This document shows positions 35,784-48,851 of a stretch of DNA of 64,000 bases, one piece after another. Position numbers and translations under genes: made by a program. Origin of the DNA: Parcubacteria bacterium C7867-005. GTDB lineage: Bacteria > Patescibacteriota > Minisyncoccia > Phycocordibacterales > Zambryskibacteraceae. The notes under the pieces were generated by a model. That model did no database searches, was not told where the DNA came from, and was given only the letters and a program-made list of their open reading frames with translations. The DNA is taken from positions 190,984-254,983 of the forward strand of contig LFCO01000003.1 of assembly GCA_001189165.1 (NCBI GenBank), given 5' to 3'. How positions within the stretch are numbered: the first letter of the stretch is position 1; each line of letters opens with the position of its first letter.

Positions 35784-36911
35784 ATGGGATTGTTCTCAAA
35801 ATTTTTCTCCAAAAGTGAGCCAAGTGTCTTGGGTATCGACATAGGTTCCTCTGCGATCAAGATAGTCCAGATCAAAAAACAGAACGGCCAAGCCGTTCTA
35901 GAGACATATGGTGAGCTAGCGCTCGGACCATACGCCGGGGGCAATGTCGGACAAGCGGTCGTCCTCCCACACGACAAGATATCCGTGGCCTTGGTGGACC
36001 TCATGTCTGAGAAGGAAGTAAATATCAGTACCAACAAATGTGGGATGTCGATCCCATTTGCTTCGAGTCTCATGTCAGTGATCGAGTTTCCACAAGTTTC
36101 TCCTAAGCAACTCGGGGTGATGGTGCCCATAGAAGCGCGCAAATATATCCCTGTTCCCATATCCGAAGTGATGCTCGACTGGTCCGTCATCCCTAAATCA
36201 GAAGTAAGACCAGAAAACACCGAAGAAAAGATGCTCGGACCTGATGGTAAAGAAGTCGTACCATCTGCACCAAAGATAGATGTGCTCGTCGTGGCGATCC
36301 ACAACGACACCATAGCCAAATACCAAGACATAGTCGCCAAGTCCGGACTCGAAGCAGGATTTTTTGAGATAGAAATATTCTCTACCATGCGTGCAGTACT
36401 CGACGAATCTCTAGCACCGGTGATGATCATGGACATGGGGGCTGCTTCGACCAAACTTTATCTGATTGAGCGGGGGATCATCAAAGCGTCTCACACCGTT
36501 AATCGTGGTTCACAGGACATAACTTCTACAATTTCCAAATCCCTGGGCCTCCCCATGGAGAGGTCAGAGGTGATGAAGCGCACAATCGGTGCAGACGGCT
36601 CGGACAAGACTCTGACCGAAGTGATCAGCCTCACCCTCGATTATATTTTCGAAGAAGCGAACAGGACCATCCTCGCCTTCGAGAAAAAATATAACAAAAC
36701 AGTTTCCAAAGTGATCTTGGTTGGAGGTGGGGCGGCTCTAAAGGGTCTACCAGCACTCGCCAAGGCGAGTTTCAAAACTGAAGCCGTCGCAGGTAACCCA
36801 TTTGGCAAGCTCGCCACTCCTGCATTCCTTGAAAATATTCTGAAAGAGACTGGCCCAGAGTTCGCAGTGGCTATAGGTGTGGCACTTCGAAAGTTGGCCG
36901 AGCAGGAATAG
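35784..36911 (+). CDS. pilM: type IV pilus assembly protein PilM
   Basis: Actin-like ATPase fold pattern, VLGIDIGSSAIKIVQI; first gene of the pilMNO block. Confidence 0.85.
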   Translation: MGLFSKFFSKSEPSVLGIDIGSSAIKIVQIKKQNGQAVLETYGELALGPYAGGNVGQAVVLPHDKISVALVDLMSEKEVNISTNKCGMSIPFASSLMSVIEFPQVSPKQLGVMVPIEARKYIPVPISEVMLDWSVIPKSEVRPENTEEKMLGPDGKEVVPSAPKIDVLVVAIHNDTIAKYQDIVAKSGLEAGFFEIEIFSTMRAVLDESLAPVMIMDMGAASTKLYLIERGIIKASHTVNRGSQDITSTISKSLGLPMERSEVMKRTIGADGSDKTLTEVISLTLDYIFEEANRTILAFEKKYNKTVSKVILVGGGAALKGLPALAKASFKTEAVAGNPFGKLATPAFLENILKETGPEFAVAIGVALRKLAEQE

Positions 36912-36978
36912 CTGTTATAAACACCTGAAGCAACAAATTTCTTTTAAAGCTACCATTTTTGTTCTATAATTTTCCCAG

Positions 36979-37692
36979 ATGGATCCTAAATTCCAATCAT
37001 CATTTATACCCAAAGGCCCCATAGCTACTTCGGCCACTCTCGGAAGAGAGAGAAGTGGTGAACGAGGTCTTTTCGGCAACATCGCCTTATTTGTTTTTGT
37101 CCTATCTCTCTTATCTGCGGGTGGTGTTTGGGCTTATGGTCAATACTTGGAGAACAATATCGCCAAGAAAGGCAAAGACCTCGAAGCCGCTCGTTCGACA
37201 CTCGAACCGGAGTCCATCAAAGAACTCACCAGACTGAACTCTAGACTCGTGTCAACACAGTCTATTTTGTCCAAGCACACTATCCTCTCACCACTCTTTG
37301 AATTCTTAGAAAGCTCAACATATAAAACCGTTCGCTTCACCGACTTTAGATATGAGATGACGAACAAAGGCCTCACTCTGGCCATGAAGGGTCAAGCTAG
37401 GGGTTATAGTGCTGTCGCTCTACAAGCAGATGAGTTTGCCAAGAGCAAATATATCAAAAACCCTATTTTCTCCGATCTTAACCTCGACGAACGCGGTAAC
37501 GTAGTATTTTCCTTTAGAGCAGACCTCGATCCATCTATCATCTCCTACAAGAGCAAGATAGAAGCTCAAGAAGCCATAGACAAAGCGAATGCACCAACAG
37601 TTGTCCCAGTCACACCTGTCGAGACCAAGCCAGCCACGAGCACAGCGACGACAACTACTACAACCGCCACTTCGTCTAAACCTTCAAATTAA
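36979..37692 (+). CDS. pilN: PilN-like fimbrial assembly protein
   Basis: Single TM, coiled-coil periplasmic domain; Thr-rich C-terminal tail. Confidence 0.6.
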   Translation: MDPKFQSSFIPKGPIATSATLGRERSGERGLFGNIALFVFVLSLLSAGGVWAYGQYLENNIAKKGKDLEAARSTLEPESIKELTRLNSRLVSTQSILSKHTILSPLFEFLESSTYKTVRFTDFRYEMTNKGLTLAMKGQARGYSAVALQADEFAKSKYIKNPIFSDLNLDERGNVVFSFRADLDPSIISYKSKIEAQEAIDKANAPTVVPVTPVETKPATSTATTTTTTATSSKPSN

Positions 37693-37697
37693 ATTTT

Positions 37698-38240
37698 ATG
37701 AAATCTACAACCTCACTCACGCTCCTTCTCATCTCCATCGGCATTTTCTATACATTTATCGATCCAAAGTATAAAGAAGTCAAAATCCTGCGTTCGAATG
37801 CAGAGCAGTTTGAAAGCATTCTCAGTAATGTAGAAGAATTGAAAGAGAAGAGGAGTGACTTGTTGATCAAATACCAATCCATACCCAGAGTAGAAGTAGA
37901 TCGTCTGGCCAAGATGTTACCAGACAACATAGACACGGTCAGACTGGCTATAGATTTTGATTCTATCGCTGCCCAGTACGGTATTTCGATCAAAGGTATT
38001 CAGGCAGACAGTTCTGGGGTAGATAATTCCGCAGCGATCATCCAGACGGGTAGTGGTGCACCATACGAAGAAGTGAGTGTTTCATTCAGATTCGTTGCTT
38101 CTTATGACAATTTTAGGAAATTCATGGAGGACATAGAGCAGAGCCTCCGAGTGATAGATGTAAAAAGTGTCACTTTCCAAGCTACAGATAACGGTTTGTA
38201 CGAATATAGCGTTGCCATCCAGACCTACTGGCTGAGATAA
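37698..38240 (+). CDS. pilO: PilO-like pilus assembly protein
   Basis: Single TM and periplasmic domain; gene order. Confidence 0.55.
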   Translation: MKSTTSLTLLLISIGIFYTFIDPKYKEVKILRSNAEQFESILSNVEELKEKRSDLLIKYQSIPRVEVDRLAKMLPDNIDTVRLAIDFDSIAAQYGISIKGIQADSSGVDNSAAIIQTGSGAPYEEVSVSFRFVASYDNFRKFMEDIEQSLRVIDVKSVTFQATDNGLYEYSVAIQTYWLR

Positions 38241-38250
38241 ACTGAAAAAT

Positions 38251-38547
38251 ATGAAATTACTTCAAAAAAACAAAGGGTTTCTGATCATCATCGCAGTTTT
38301 TATCTTGGTTATCTTTATTTATAAAAACTTCTTCCAAGCCCCGGGCGCAGGACTCGCCGGAGAGGAAATACCTACAGTCAATGTCGGCAGTGATGTTCTC
38401 GAATTAAACAATAGCTTGGAATCAGTTACTTTGGATCAATCAGTATTCGCTACCAGGGCTTATAGAAATCTCATAGATTTCAGTACAGAGGTGATGGAAC
38501 AACCAAAGGGCAGGAGAAATCCTTTTGGTTTGATCGGGGTGGAATAA
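38251..38547 (+). CDS. hypothetical pilus-cluster protein (PilP-like position)
   Basis: 98 aa, N-terminal TM; position between pilO and pilB. Confidence 0.45.
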   Translation: MKLLQKNKGFLIIIAVFILVIFIYKNFFQAPGAGLAGEEIPTVNVGSDVLELNNSLESVTLDQSVFATRAYRNLIDFSTEVMEQPKGRRNPFGLIGVE

Positions 38548-38559
38548 TTTAAATTACTC

Positions 38560-40284
38560 ATGAGCATACTCGATGTCCTTCGAGACAAAAAGATCATCAA
38601 AGCTGATGAAATACCAGCCATAGAAGCTGAAGCCAAAAGCTCTGGCATGTCTTTGGAGCAGGTACTGGTTGCTCGTGGTATCCCCCCAGAGAAAATCCTC
38701 GAAGGCAAGGGAACTGAACTCGACATCCCTACTAGGAGCCTCAAGAACGTAGACATCCCAGGCAAAATCCTTGAATACATCCCAGAAGAATCTGCTTCGC
38801 ACTATAGATTCATACCGATCGGAGTTAAGGACGGAGTGCTCGAGGTGGGCATAGTAGATCCACACGACATAGAAGCGAGGGATGCTTTGAATTTTATTTC
38901 TTCGCGTATCAGCATGCCTTACAAGTTGTTTTTAGTGAGTGAAGAAGATCTTTCGAGTGCCCTCGATCTGTACAAAGGTCTTTCTGGAGAGGTGACCAAA
39001 GCCCTTTCCGAACTGGAGACAGAACTCACTCAGAGCATCGCCGAACAAGAAGAAAAGAGTGGTAATGAATCAGGTGAAAAGAAAAAAGTAGAAACCAAAA
39101 TAGTCGAAGACGCTCCGGTGACCAAAATAGTCGCCACTATCCTCTCATATGCATCAGATGGTAATGCTTCGGACATCCACATCGAACCGATGCACGACAG
39201 TATCCGGGTTCGTTTCCGTGTGGACGGCACGCTCAACACATCCTTGGTTTTGCCGATCAAAGTTCATTCTGCTGTTGTCGCACGTATCAAAATCTTGTGC
39301 AACATGCGTTTGGATGAAAAACGAAAACCTCAGGACGGTCGTTTCTCTGCAAAGATAGAAGGCAGGAAAGTCGATTTCCGTGTCTCTACATTCCCAACAT
39401 ATTATGGAGAAAAGATCGTGATGAGAATTCTCGATCAGAATAAGGGCGTTAAAAAGCTGGATGATTTGGGTATTTCTGAAAAAAATCTCAAACTAATCAG
39501 AGCGGCGATAAAAAAACCATACGGTTTGATACTTATCTCAGGTCCTACTGGTTCGGGTAAATCTACTACTCTGTATTCGATGTTGAATGAAGTAGACAGG
39601 GATCATATGAACGTATTGTCCCTAGAAGATCCAGTCGAATACAACATGGAAGGGGTTTCTCAGTCCCAAGTTCATCCAGAGATCGACTACACATTTGCTA
39701 CAGGTTTGCGCACCACCCTTCGTCAGGACCCAGACATCATCATGGTTGGAGAGATTCGAGACAAAGAGACTGCACAGCTCGCTATCCAGGCTGCACTTAC
39801 AGGTCACTTGGTTTTCTCTACAATCCACACCAACAATGCCATCGGTGTTATCCCACGTCTGATAGACATGGGTGTTGATCCGTACCTCATCGCTCCAACT
39901 CTCGTTTTGGCTATGGCTCAGCGCTTGGTCAGAACATTGTGTCCAGGAGGGGGTAAGTCTGTGCCAGTAGAGGACAGTATCAAGATGATGATCGAAAGTC
40001 AGTTCTCTGATCTACCAGCCCAATACAGAAAAGACGTGGTCTTCGGCAAAGAGGTTTATGAGATAGAGCCCACTCCTACGTGCATAAACGGGACATCTGG
40101 TCGAGTGGCGGTGATGGAAGTGTTGGCCATGGAGAAGAATGTGGAGGCAGTTATCTTGAAAAACCCAACAGAGATAGAGCTCTTCAAGGCAGCAAGGTCG
40201 AACGGCATGCTCACTATGAAAGAAGACGCCATCCTCAAAGCCTTTGACCGTGTCATTCCATTTGAAGAGGTAAATACGCTATAA
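38560..40284 (+). CDS. pilB: type IV pilus assembly ATPase PilB (GspE family)
   Basis: N-terminal GSPII_E_N-like domain; Walker A GPTGSGKSTTLYSML; Asp/His boxes. Confidence 0.9.
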   Translation: MSILDVLRDKKIIKADEIPAIEAEAKSSGMSLEQVLVARGIPPEKILEGKGTELDIPTRSLKNVDIPGKILEYIPEESASHYRFIPIGVKDGVLEVGIVDPHDIEARDALNFISSRISMPYKLFLVSEEDLSSALDLYKGLSGEVTKALSELETELTQSIAEQEEKSGNESGEKKKVETKIVEDAPVTKIVATILSYASDGNASDIHIEPMHDSIRVRFRVDGTLNTSLVLPIKVHSAVVARIKILCNMRLDEKRKPQDGRFSAKIEGRKVDFRVSTFPTYYGEKIVMRILDQNKGVKKLDDLGISEKNLKLIRAAIKKPYGLILISGPTGSGKSTTLYSMLNEVDRDHMNVLSLEDPVEYNMEGVSQSQVHPEIDYTFATGLRTTLRQDPDIIMVGEIRDKETAQLAIQAALTGHLVFSTIHTNNAIGVIPRLIDMGVDPYLIAPTLVLAMAQRLVRTLCPGGGKSVPVEDSIKMMIESQFSDLPAQYRKDVVFGKEVYEIEPTPTCINGTSGRVAVMEVLAMEKNVEAVILKNPTEIELFKAARSNGMLTMKEDAILKAFDRVIPFEEVNTL

Positions 40285-40292
40285 TCAATACT

Positions 40293-40682
40293 ATGAAAAA
40301 GCAATATTCGATACTCATAGTAGATGATGACAAGTTTCTCCTGGACATGTATGTGAAAAAGTTTGAGAAGTTCGGCATCCAACCAGATCTATCAGTTGGT
40401 TCTGCAGGAGCCCTGGAGAAACTCAGAGGTGGGGTTACTCCAGATGTTATTGTTCTCGACATCATCATGCCGGGTATGGATGGTCTAGAACTCCTAGAGA
40501 CTATCCGCAAAGAAAACCTTTCTCCAAGCTCTATAGTGATTATGCTCACCAATGAAGGTGAGTCCCAGAAGATAGAAAAAGCAAAATCACTCGGCGTTGT
40601 TGGCTATATAGTCAAAGCGACCAGTATCCCATCTGAAGTAGCAGATGAGATTATCAGAATCGCGGATGAGAATATTAAATAA
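40293..40682 (+). CDS. response regulator receiver-domain protein
   Basis: CheY-like: DD at residues 11-12, phospho-acceptor D in VIVLDIIMPGMDG, conserved K in YIVK. Confidence 0.8.
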   Translation: MKKQYSILIVDDDKFLLDMYVKKFEKFGIQPDLSVGSAGALEKLRGGVTPDVIVLDIIMPGMDGLELLETIRKENLSPSSIVIMLTNEGESQKIEKAKSLGVVGYIVKATSIPSEVADEIIRIADENIK

Positions 40683-40691
40683 ATACAACCA

Positions 40692-41756
40692 ATGGCATCT
40701 TCAGAAAAACTTTTAAGCGAATTAGTAGACATCGTGTTCAAAGAAGGAGCTTCCGATCTCCATCTGTCCGAAGGTAGATCACCGGTCATCAGAGTTTCTG
40801 GTTTCTTGATCCCCCTTGTGAAAATCCCATCCCTTACAGCAGAAGATTTGGAGGGTTTTGTGTCTATTTTCCTCACAGCAGATGACAAGCTTGAATTTAA
40901 AGAACAAAAAGAAGCTAACTTTGCTTATGAACACAAAGATGTTGGGAGGTTCCGTGGCAATGTCTTTCAAGAATTAGGCAAAATCTCTATTGCCCTACGC
41001 CTGATTCCTTCTAAGGTTAAAACTCTTGAAGAACTTAATCTGCCTCCTATACTTTCTTCTTTCTCCAAACGACAACAAGGGTTTTTCCTCGTCGTCGGTC
41101 CAGCTGGGCAAGGTAAATCTACAACACTTGCTAGTTTGATCGAACTTATAAACCAGGAGAGACTCGAACACATCATCACTATCGAGGATCCTATCGAATT
41201 TATCTTTGAGCCAAAGAAAGCCCTCATAGATCAAAGAGAGGTGAAGACAGATACACCAGATTTCAAAACGGCCTTGCGTGGTGTTTTCAGACAGGATGCC
41301 GATGTGGTGATGGTTGGAGAAATGCGTGATGCAGAGACTATCTCTACTGCGGTTACCGCAGCGGAGACCGGTCACCTTATCATGTCTACTTTGCACACCA
41401 ACACAGCGTCTCAGACTGTCGATCGTATTATCGACTCATTCCCTCCATCCCAACAAGATCAGATCAGAATCCAGCTCTCAGGAAGTCTGCTCGGGATCTT
41501 TTCTCAGCGTTTGATCCCTCGCATTTCTGGTGGACTCATACCTGCATATGAATTACTCATCAACAACAATGCTGTCGGTAACCTCATCAGAGAGAAGAGA
41601 ACACATGAGATCAATACAGTTATAGAGACAGGATCAGAAGATGGGATGATCGATCTCAACAGATGTCTCGCTGCGCTCGTCAAAGCGGGGGAGATCACAG
41701 TAGAAAACGCATTCTTGTATTCAGCTAATCCTCGAACACTAGAGAGGATGATATAA
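40692..41756 (+). CDS. pilT: twitching motility ATPase PilT
   Basis: 354 aa; Walker A GPAGQGKSTT; PilT-length protein without the GspE N-domain. Confidence 0.85.
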   Translation: MASSEKLLSELVDIVFKEGASDLHLSEGRSPVIRVSGFLIPLVKIPSLTAEDLEGFVSIFLTADDKLEFKEQKEANFAYEHKDVGRFRGNVFQELGKISIALRLIPSKVKTLEELNLPPILSSFSKRQQGFFLVVGPAGQGKSTTLASLIELINQERLEHIITIEDPIEFIFEPKKALIDQREVKTDTPDFKTALRGVFRQDADVVMVGEMRDAETISTAVTAAETGHLIMSTLHTNTASQTVDRIIDSFPPSQQDQIRIQLSGSLLGIFSQRLIPRISGGLIPAYELLINNNAVGNLIREKRTHEINTVIETGSEDGMIDLNRCLAALVKAGEITVENAFLYSANPRTLERMI

Positions 41757-41760
41757 AACC

Positions 41761-42969
41761 ATGCTCTATCTCTATAAAGCACTCGAAAGCTCTGGCGCAA
41801 GGAAAGAAGGCTCTATCGAAGCTGTTTCTATAGACATAGCCATAGATAGTCTCCAGAAAAGGGGGCTGATCATCGCAGAGATAGAGCCAGCAGAAAAAGA
41901 AGCTTGGTACAACCAATTTTCAATAGGTACTGGAGTGTCCAACAAAGAGATCGTCATCCTATCAAGGCAGATGGCAACACTTTTTGATGCTCAAATCAGT
42001 GCCCTCAAGATATTTTCTCTTCTATCTGCGGAGGTAGAGAATGATACCTTGCGCAAAAAGCTCGCGGTGATCACTGATGATTTGCAAGCGGGTAGTTCTA
42101 TCTCCAAATCACTTTCTAGGCATCCAGAAATCTTCTCTGAATTTTATGTGAACATGGTTAAGTCAGGTGAAGAGACGGGTAAGTTGAACGAAACCTTCAA
42201 TTACCTAGCAGATTATCTGGATAGGAGTTATGAAGTTGTGTCCAAGGCCAAAAACGCACTGATTTACCCAGCCTTTGTCATTTCTGTGTTCATCGCAGTT
42301 ATGGTGCTCATGTTCACTTTCATTATCCCTAAAATCAGTGTGATCTTGGTTGATTCTGGTCAGCCTGTACCTTTCTATACCCAAATTGTTTTTGGGATAT
42401 CTGATTTCTTTTTGAACTACGGGGTCCTACTCCTGGCCGGTCTTGTGGTAGCTGTCTTTTTGTTCATTCGGTACATAAGAACAGAGGCTGGAGCCAGGGC
42501 CTTTGCCAAATTTAAACTGGAGGTCCCTTATGTTGGTGATCTTTATAAAAAGCTCTACCTTTCCATCATCGCAGATAACATGAACACTATGGTTTATTCA
42601 GGAATTCCCATGGTTAGAGCCATAGAAGTCACCGCGTCAGTGGTAGGGAACGATGTTTATAAGGATATTTTGCTCGAGAGTCTGACTGCGGTGAAGGGGG
42701 GGAGCTCGTTCTCTCAGTCCCTGTCTCAGTATGAAGAGATGCCGGGGATGCTCATCCAGATGATCCGTGTGGGTGAAGAGACTGGGGAGCTCGGCAGTAT
42801 CCTCAAAACTATGGCCAAATTTTATCAAAGAGAGGTCGTAAATGCCGTGGATACCATGGTTAGCTTGATCGAGCCTATCATGATCGTGATGCTCGGTTTG
42901 GGTGTGGGTACACTGCTCGCTTCTGTGCTCATCCCTATATACAATATTGCTAACTCGGCTGGGGCCTGA
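41761..42969 (+). CDS. pilC: type IV pilus platform protein PilC (GspF family)
   Basis: 402 aa, two T2SSF repeats, 3 TM. Confidence 0.85.
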   Translation: MLYLYKALESSGARKEGSIEAVSIDIAIDSLQKRGLIIAEIEPAEKEAWYNQFSIGTGVSNKEIVILSRQMATLFDAQISALKIFSLLSAEVENDTLRKKLAVITDDLQAGSSISKSLSRHPEIFSEFYVNMVKSGEETGKLNETFNYLADYLDRSYEVVSKAKNALIYPAFVISVFIAVMVLMFTFIIPKISVILVDSGQPVPFYTQIVFGISDFFLNYGVLLLAGLVVAVFLFIRYIRTEAGARAFAKFKLEVPYVGDLYKKLYLSIIADNMNTMVYSGIPMVRAIEVTASVVGNDVYKDILLESLTAVKGGSSFSQSLSQYEEMPGMLIQMIRVGEETGELGSILKTMAKFYQREVVNAVDTMVSLIEPIMIVMLGLGVGTLLASVLIPIYNIANSAGA

Positions 42970-43060
42970 TTCGGACCGAGGAAGACAGTTATCCACAAGC
43001 TTATTTAAAAAGGCTAGCTATGGGTATATAATCAATAGGTAACTAAAAGTAATAATAATT

Positions 43061-43513
43061 ATGTCAAAAAGGTTAAATAACAAAAAGGGTTTTACCCTCA
43101 TCGAACTTCTGGTCGTCATCGCTATCATCGGTATTCTTTCTTCTGTTGTGCTTGCATCTTTGAACACAGCTCGAGGCAAGGGTAATGATGCCAAGGTCAA
43201 AGCTCAGCTTTCTGGACTTCGCGCAGCAGCCGAGATTTACTATGACAACCAAACTCCAAATAGCTACGGAGCAGCTGGAGTCGCGTGTGGAGCAGGTATG
43301 TTTGCAGATGCAGTCATGCTTCCTTACACAACACAAGCTAACTATCCTTCAGGAGCAACTCTTGAATGTATCTCAACAGGTACAGGATACGCAGTGTCAG
43401 CTCTACTTCCAGGAGCAGGAGGCACAATTAACTGGTGTGTGGACAGTGCGGGTGCTTCAAAGCAGAATGCAACTGACCTCATCGGTGCAGGTGGTACAGA
43501 CATCACTTGTTAG
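43061..43513 (+). CDS. pilA: type IV pilin (major pilin candidate)
   Basis: Class III signal: KKGFTLIELLVVIAIIGILSS; Cys pair near the C-terminus. Confidence 0.85.
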   Translation: MSKRLNNKKGFTLIELLVVIAIIGILSSVVLASLNTARGKGNDAKVKAQLSGLRAAAEIYYDNQTPNSYGAAGVACGAGMFADAVMLPYTTQANYPSGATLECISTGTGYAVSALLPGAGGTINWCVDSAGASKQNATDLIGAGGTDITC

Positions 43514-43534
43514 TATCTTAGTTTGATTCTACTC

Positions 43535-43562
43535 AAAAAACCGCCTTCTGGGCGGTTTTTTT
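43535..43562 (+). terminator. intrinsic terminator after the pilin gene
   Basis: AAAAAACCGCC-TTCTG-GGCGGTTTTTTT. Confidence 0.75.
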
Positions 43563-43578
43563 GTTATACTTAAACATA

Positions 43579-44373
43579 ATGTTTATATTGATTTGTCTTT
43601 TTATCCTCGGTGCGATAGTCGGTAGTTTCTTAAATGTAGTTGGTCTGCGTCTTAACTCTGGACTAACTTTAGGAGGGAGGTCGTTTTGCCCAGTTTGTCA
43701 TAAACAACTCTCCTGGCACGAACTTATCCCTATAGTGAGCTACCTATTGCTCGTTGGTAGGTGCAGTAAATGTAAGTGTGCTATCTCTGCACAGTATCCA
43801 CTCATTGAATTCTTTACTGGCCTCGTGTTTGTTACCGTGTATCAATCTATCCTGGTTCCCATTACTCCGATCGTGGTTGCTCTGTATGCACTTTTGTTAA
43901 TAGTTTTCTGTCTATACATCGCTATCCTCATTTATGATTCTAGGCACAAGATAATCCCAGATCAGCTAGTGTATGCATCCATTATATTCGCATTGATCTA
44001 CAGATTTATAAACGGAGGTACCCTTTTTGATTGGCTCGCTGGGCCGATTATGTTTATGTTCTTTGCTGCGATCTGGTATTTTTCCCTTGGCCGGGCGATG
44101 GGTTTCGGAGACGCGAAGCTCGCACTCTCTATCGGGCTCCTCCTCGGTGCCCCCATGGGGTTTTCTGCGTTCGCTCTTTCGTTTTGGATAGGGACTCTCT
44201 GTGTCCTGTCTATCATGATTTTGTCTAGGATGGGTTATTCTTTGTTTGGTAAAGCAAAAAGACTTACAATGAGTAGCGAGATCCCATTTGCACCATTCCT
44301 TATTTTTGGTTCTTGGATAAGTCTTATCTATAAACTCGACCTTTTTCATGTCATCAGTCTCACTATCAAATAA
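43579..44373 (+). CDS. pilD: prepilin peptidase PilD (A24 family)
   Basis: N-terminal CxxC...CxxC zinc motif (CPVCHKQ...CSKCKC), multi-TM peptidase domain; ATG 43579 preferred over TTG 43561. Confidence 0.85.
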   Translation: MFILICLFILGAIVGSFLNVVGLRLNSGLTLGGRSFCPVCHKQLSWHELIPIVSYLLLVGRCSKCKCAISAQYPLIEFFTGLVFVTVYQSILVPITPIVVALYALLLIVFCLYIAILIYDSRHKIIPDQLVYASIIFALIYRFINGGTLFDWLAGPIMFMFFAAIWYFSLGRAMGFGDAKLALSIGLLLGAPMGFSAFALSFWIGTLCVLSIMILSRMGYSLFGKAKRLTMSSEIPFAPFLIFGSWISLIYKLDLFHVISLTIK

Positions 44374-44983
44374 AAAAGGATTTACACTAGTTGAGTTGGT
44401 GGTCTCTATAGGGATCATGGTGATAGTTATCGGCATCATCGCGTTGAATCAAAGCAAGTATTCTTCTGGTGCTGGTTTAAAAAACATGGCCAATAATCTG
44501 AGCCTCTCTCTCCGGCAGGCACAAGTGTACGGCGTTAGTGTCAAAGAATTTTCTCCAGGGTCGAGTGACTTCAGTGCTGCTTATGGTGTAGCTTTTGATA
44601 AATCCGTGAATGGCAGTAATAACTCTTATATATTCTTTGCTGACAGGGATCTCCCAATCCTCGACGGAGTTTATAATGGAACTTGGGCCTGCGCAGGCGG
44701 TACTCCGCCTGAATGCATAGAGAAGATAACCCTAACCCAGGGAGCTACTATAAATAGAATCTGTGCAGTCAGTAATACAAACATTGAGTTCGACTGCACT
44801 CTGGCTAAGGCTTACATCACCTTCACTAGACCGTCGAACGATGCGAGGATTCTCCTCTACGAAGCTTCTGGTTCACAAGTAGATGTTGATGCTGTTAAAG
44901 CAGTGAGGCTAGAATTAACCATGACAAACGGAGAGATAAATTCGGTAGTGGTAAACAAGAGCGGCCAAATATCCGTCAGATAA
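44348..44983 (+). CDS. minor pilin / pseudopilin
   Basis: Prepilin N-terminus NKKGFTLVELVVSIGIMV. Confidence 0.7.
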   Translation: MSSVSLSNKKGFTLVELVVSIGIMVIVIGIIALNQSKYSSGAGLKNMANNLSLSLRQAQVYGVSVKEFSPGSSDFSAAYGVAFDKSVNGSNNSYIFFADRDLPILDGVYNGTWACAGGTPPECIEKITLTQGATINRICAVSNTNIEFDCTLAKAYITFTRPSNDARILLYEASGSQVDVDAVKAVRLELTMTNGEINSVVVNKSGQISVR

Positions 44984-44985
44984 AT

Positions 44986-45549
44986 ATGTTTAGAAAACAA
45001 AAAACAAATCGAGGATTTACCCTGATAGAGATCATGACCTCTCTTTCTGTTTTTCTGATAGTCATGACTATCAGTATGGGAGCTATCTTGGGTATCTTTG
45101 ATGCGAATCGCAAATCAGAATCATTGAAGGAAGTCATGGATAACCTGAATTTTGCTCTAGATTCTATGTCCAGAGAGATAAGATTCGGTGAGAACTATCA
45201 CTGTGGCGAAGATGTAGATGTCACCGGCCCACAGAATTGTCCTGGTGGAGATAGCTTCATCAGTTTCCTTTCGAGTGATGGATTACAAATATCTTATAAA
45301 TTAGAGAGTGGTGCCATCAAGAAAACAACAAACGGAGCCAATGAGAACCCTACGTTCGTTGAAGTAACTGCACCGGAGATGCTCATAGAGAGTTTGGATT
45401 TCTATGTCATAGGTACTGGTGTTGTGCCTTCTAATACACTCCAGCCCAAGGTCCATATAAAACTTACAGGTAGAGCGGGCTCTAAAGCAAAAACTCAAAG
45501 TACTTTCACCATTCAAACACTTGTCTCTCAGAGGTTACTAGATATCTGA
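44986..45549 (+). CDS. minor pilin / pseudopilin
   Basis: NRGFTLIEIMTSLSVFLIV prepilin signal. Confidence 0.7.
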   Translation: MFRKQKTNRGFTLIEIMTSLSVFLIVMTISMGAILGIFDANRKSESLKEVMDNLNFALDSMSREIRFGENYHCGEDVDVTGPQNCPGGDSFISFLSSDGLQISYKLESGAIKKTTNGANENPTFVEVTAPEMLIESLDFYVIGTGVVPSNTLQPKVHIKLTGRAGSKAKTQSTFTIQTLVSQRLLDI

Positions 45550-45550
45550 T

Positions 45551-46080
45551 ATGAAAAAAAATATATACAAAAAAGGATTCACGCTTGTAGAAACATTGGT
45601 TGCTATAGGTATTTTGGTTTTGGCCGTAAGTGGTGCGTTCAGCGCTGCTCAAAGTGGACTTTCATCTTCGGTGTTTTCTAAAGATCAGGTGATCGCTTTT
45701 TACTTGGCTGCAGAAGGGGTAGAACAGATTAGAAATATCAGAGACAATAATGGTTTGGCAGATCAACCATGGCTGACGGGGCTCACCGCTTGCTATCCGA
45801 ACAGAACATGTACTGTGGACACAGTTAATACTGTGAGTGATCAGCCAGTGATAACCAACTGCGCCGGTGGACAGAACTCTTGTCCGAATCTGAGGCAAGA
45901 TACTACAAATGGATACTACGGTTATGAACCTAGCTGGCCCGTATCGAACTTTAAAAGGGAGATAACCATGGCTCCAGTGGGTGGTGGTGGAAATGAAGTC
46001 TCTATCTCTGTGCGAGTTATCTGGTCCAAGGGTTTGGTCACCAGGCAGTTTAATGTGAGGGAGAATATAATGGACTGGCA

Positions 46081-46084
<4 letters not shown>
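45551..46084 (+). CDS. minor pilin / pseudopilin
   Basis: KKGFTLVETLVAIGILVLAV prepilin signal. Confidence 0.7.
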
Positions 46085-48556
<2,472 letters not shown>

Positions 48557-48560
48557 GTTT

Positions 48561-48851
48561 ATGGACAGAGAAAAAGTCATAGCCCTATCTAAGCTCGCCA
48601 GAGTTGATATAAGTCAGGAAGAAGCAGAGAACCTCGCCGGTGAGTTCGAGGCGATTTTGGGTTATGTAGGTGAGGTAAAACAAGCATATAAAGGTGAAGA
48701 TATGGGTACACCACAAAGTGATATGGCTTTGAAAAATATTCTTCGAGAAGATGCAGAACCACACGAAAGTGGCCTGTATACCAAAAACCTCTTGGCACAA
48801 GCGCCAGAAACAGAGGGTGAGTATATTAAGGTAAAGAAAATACTCGGATGA
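48561..48851 (+). CDS. gatC: aspartyl/glutamyl-tRNA amidotransferase subunit C
   Basis: 96 aa; GatC-like; directly upstream of gatA and overlapping it. Confidence 0.8.
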   Translation: MDREKVIALSKLARVDISQEEAENLAGEFEAILGYVGEVKQAYKGEDMGTPQSDMALKNILREDAEPHESGLYTKNLLAQAPETEGEYIKVKKILG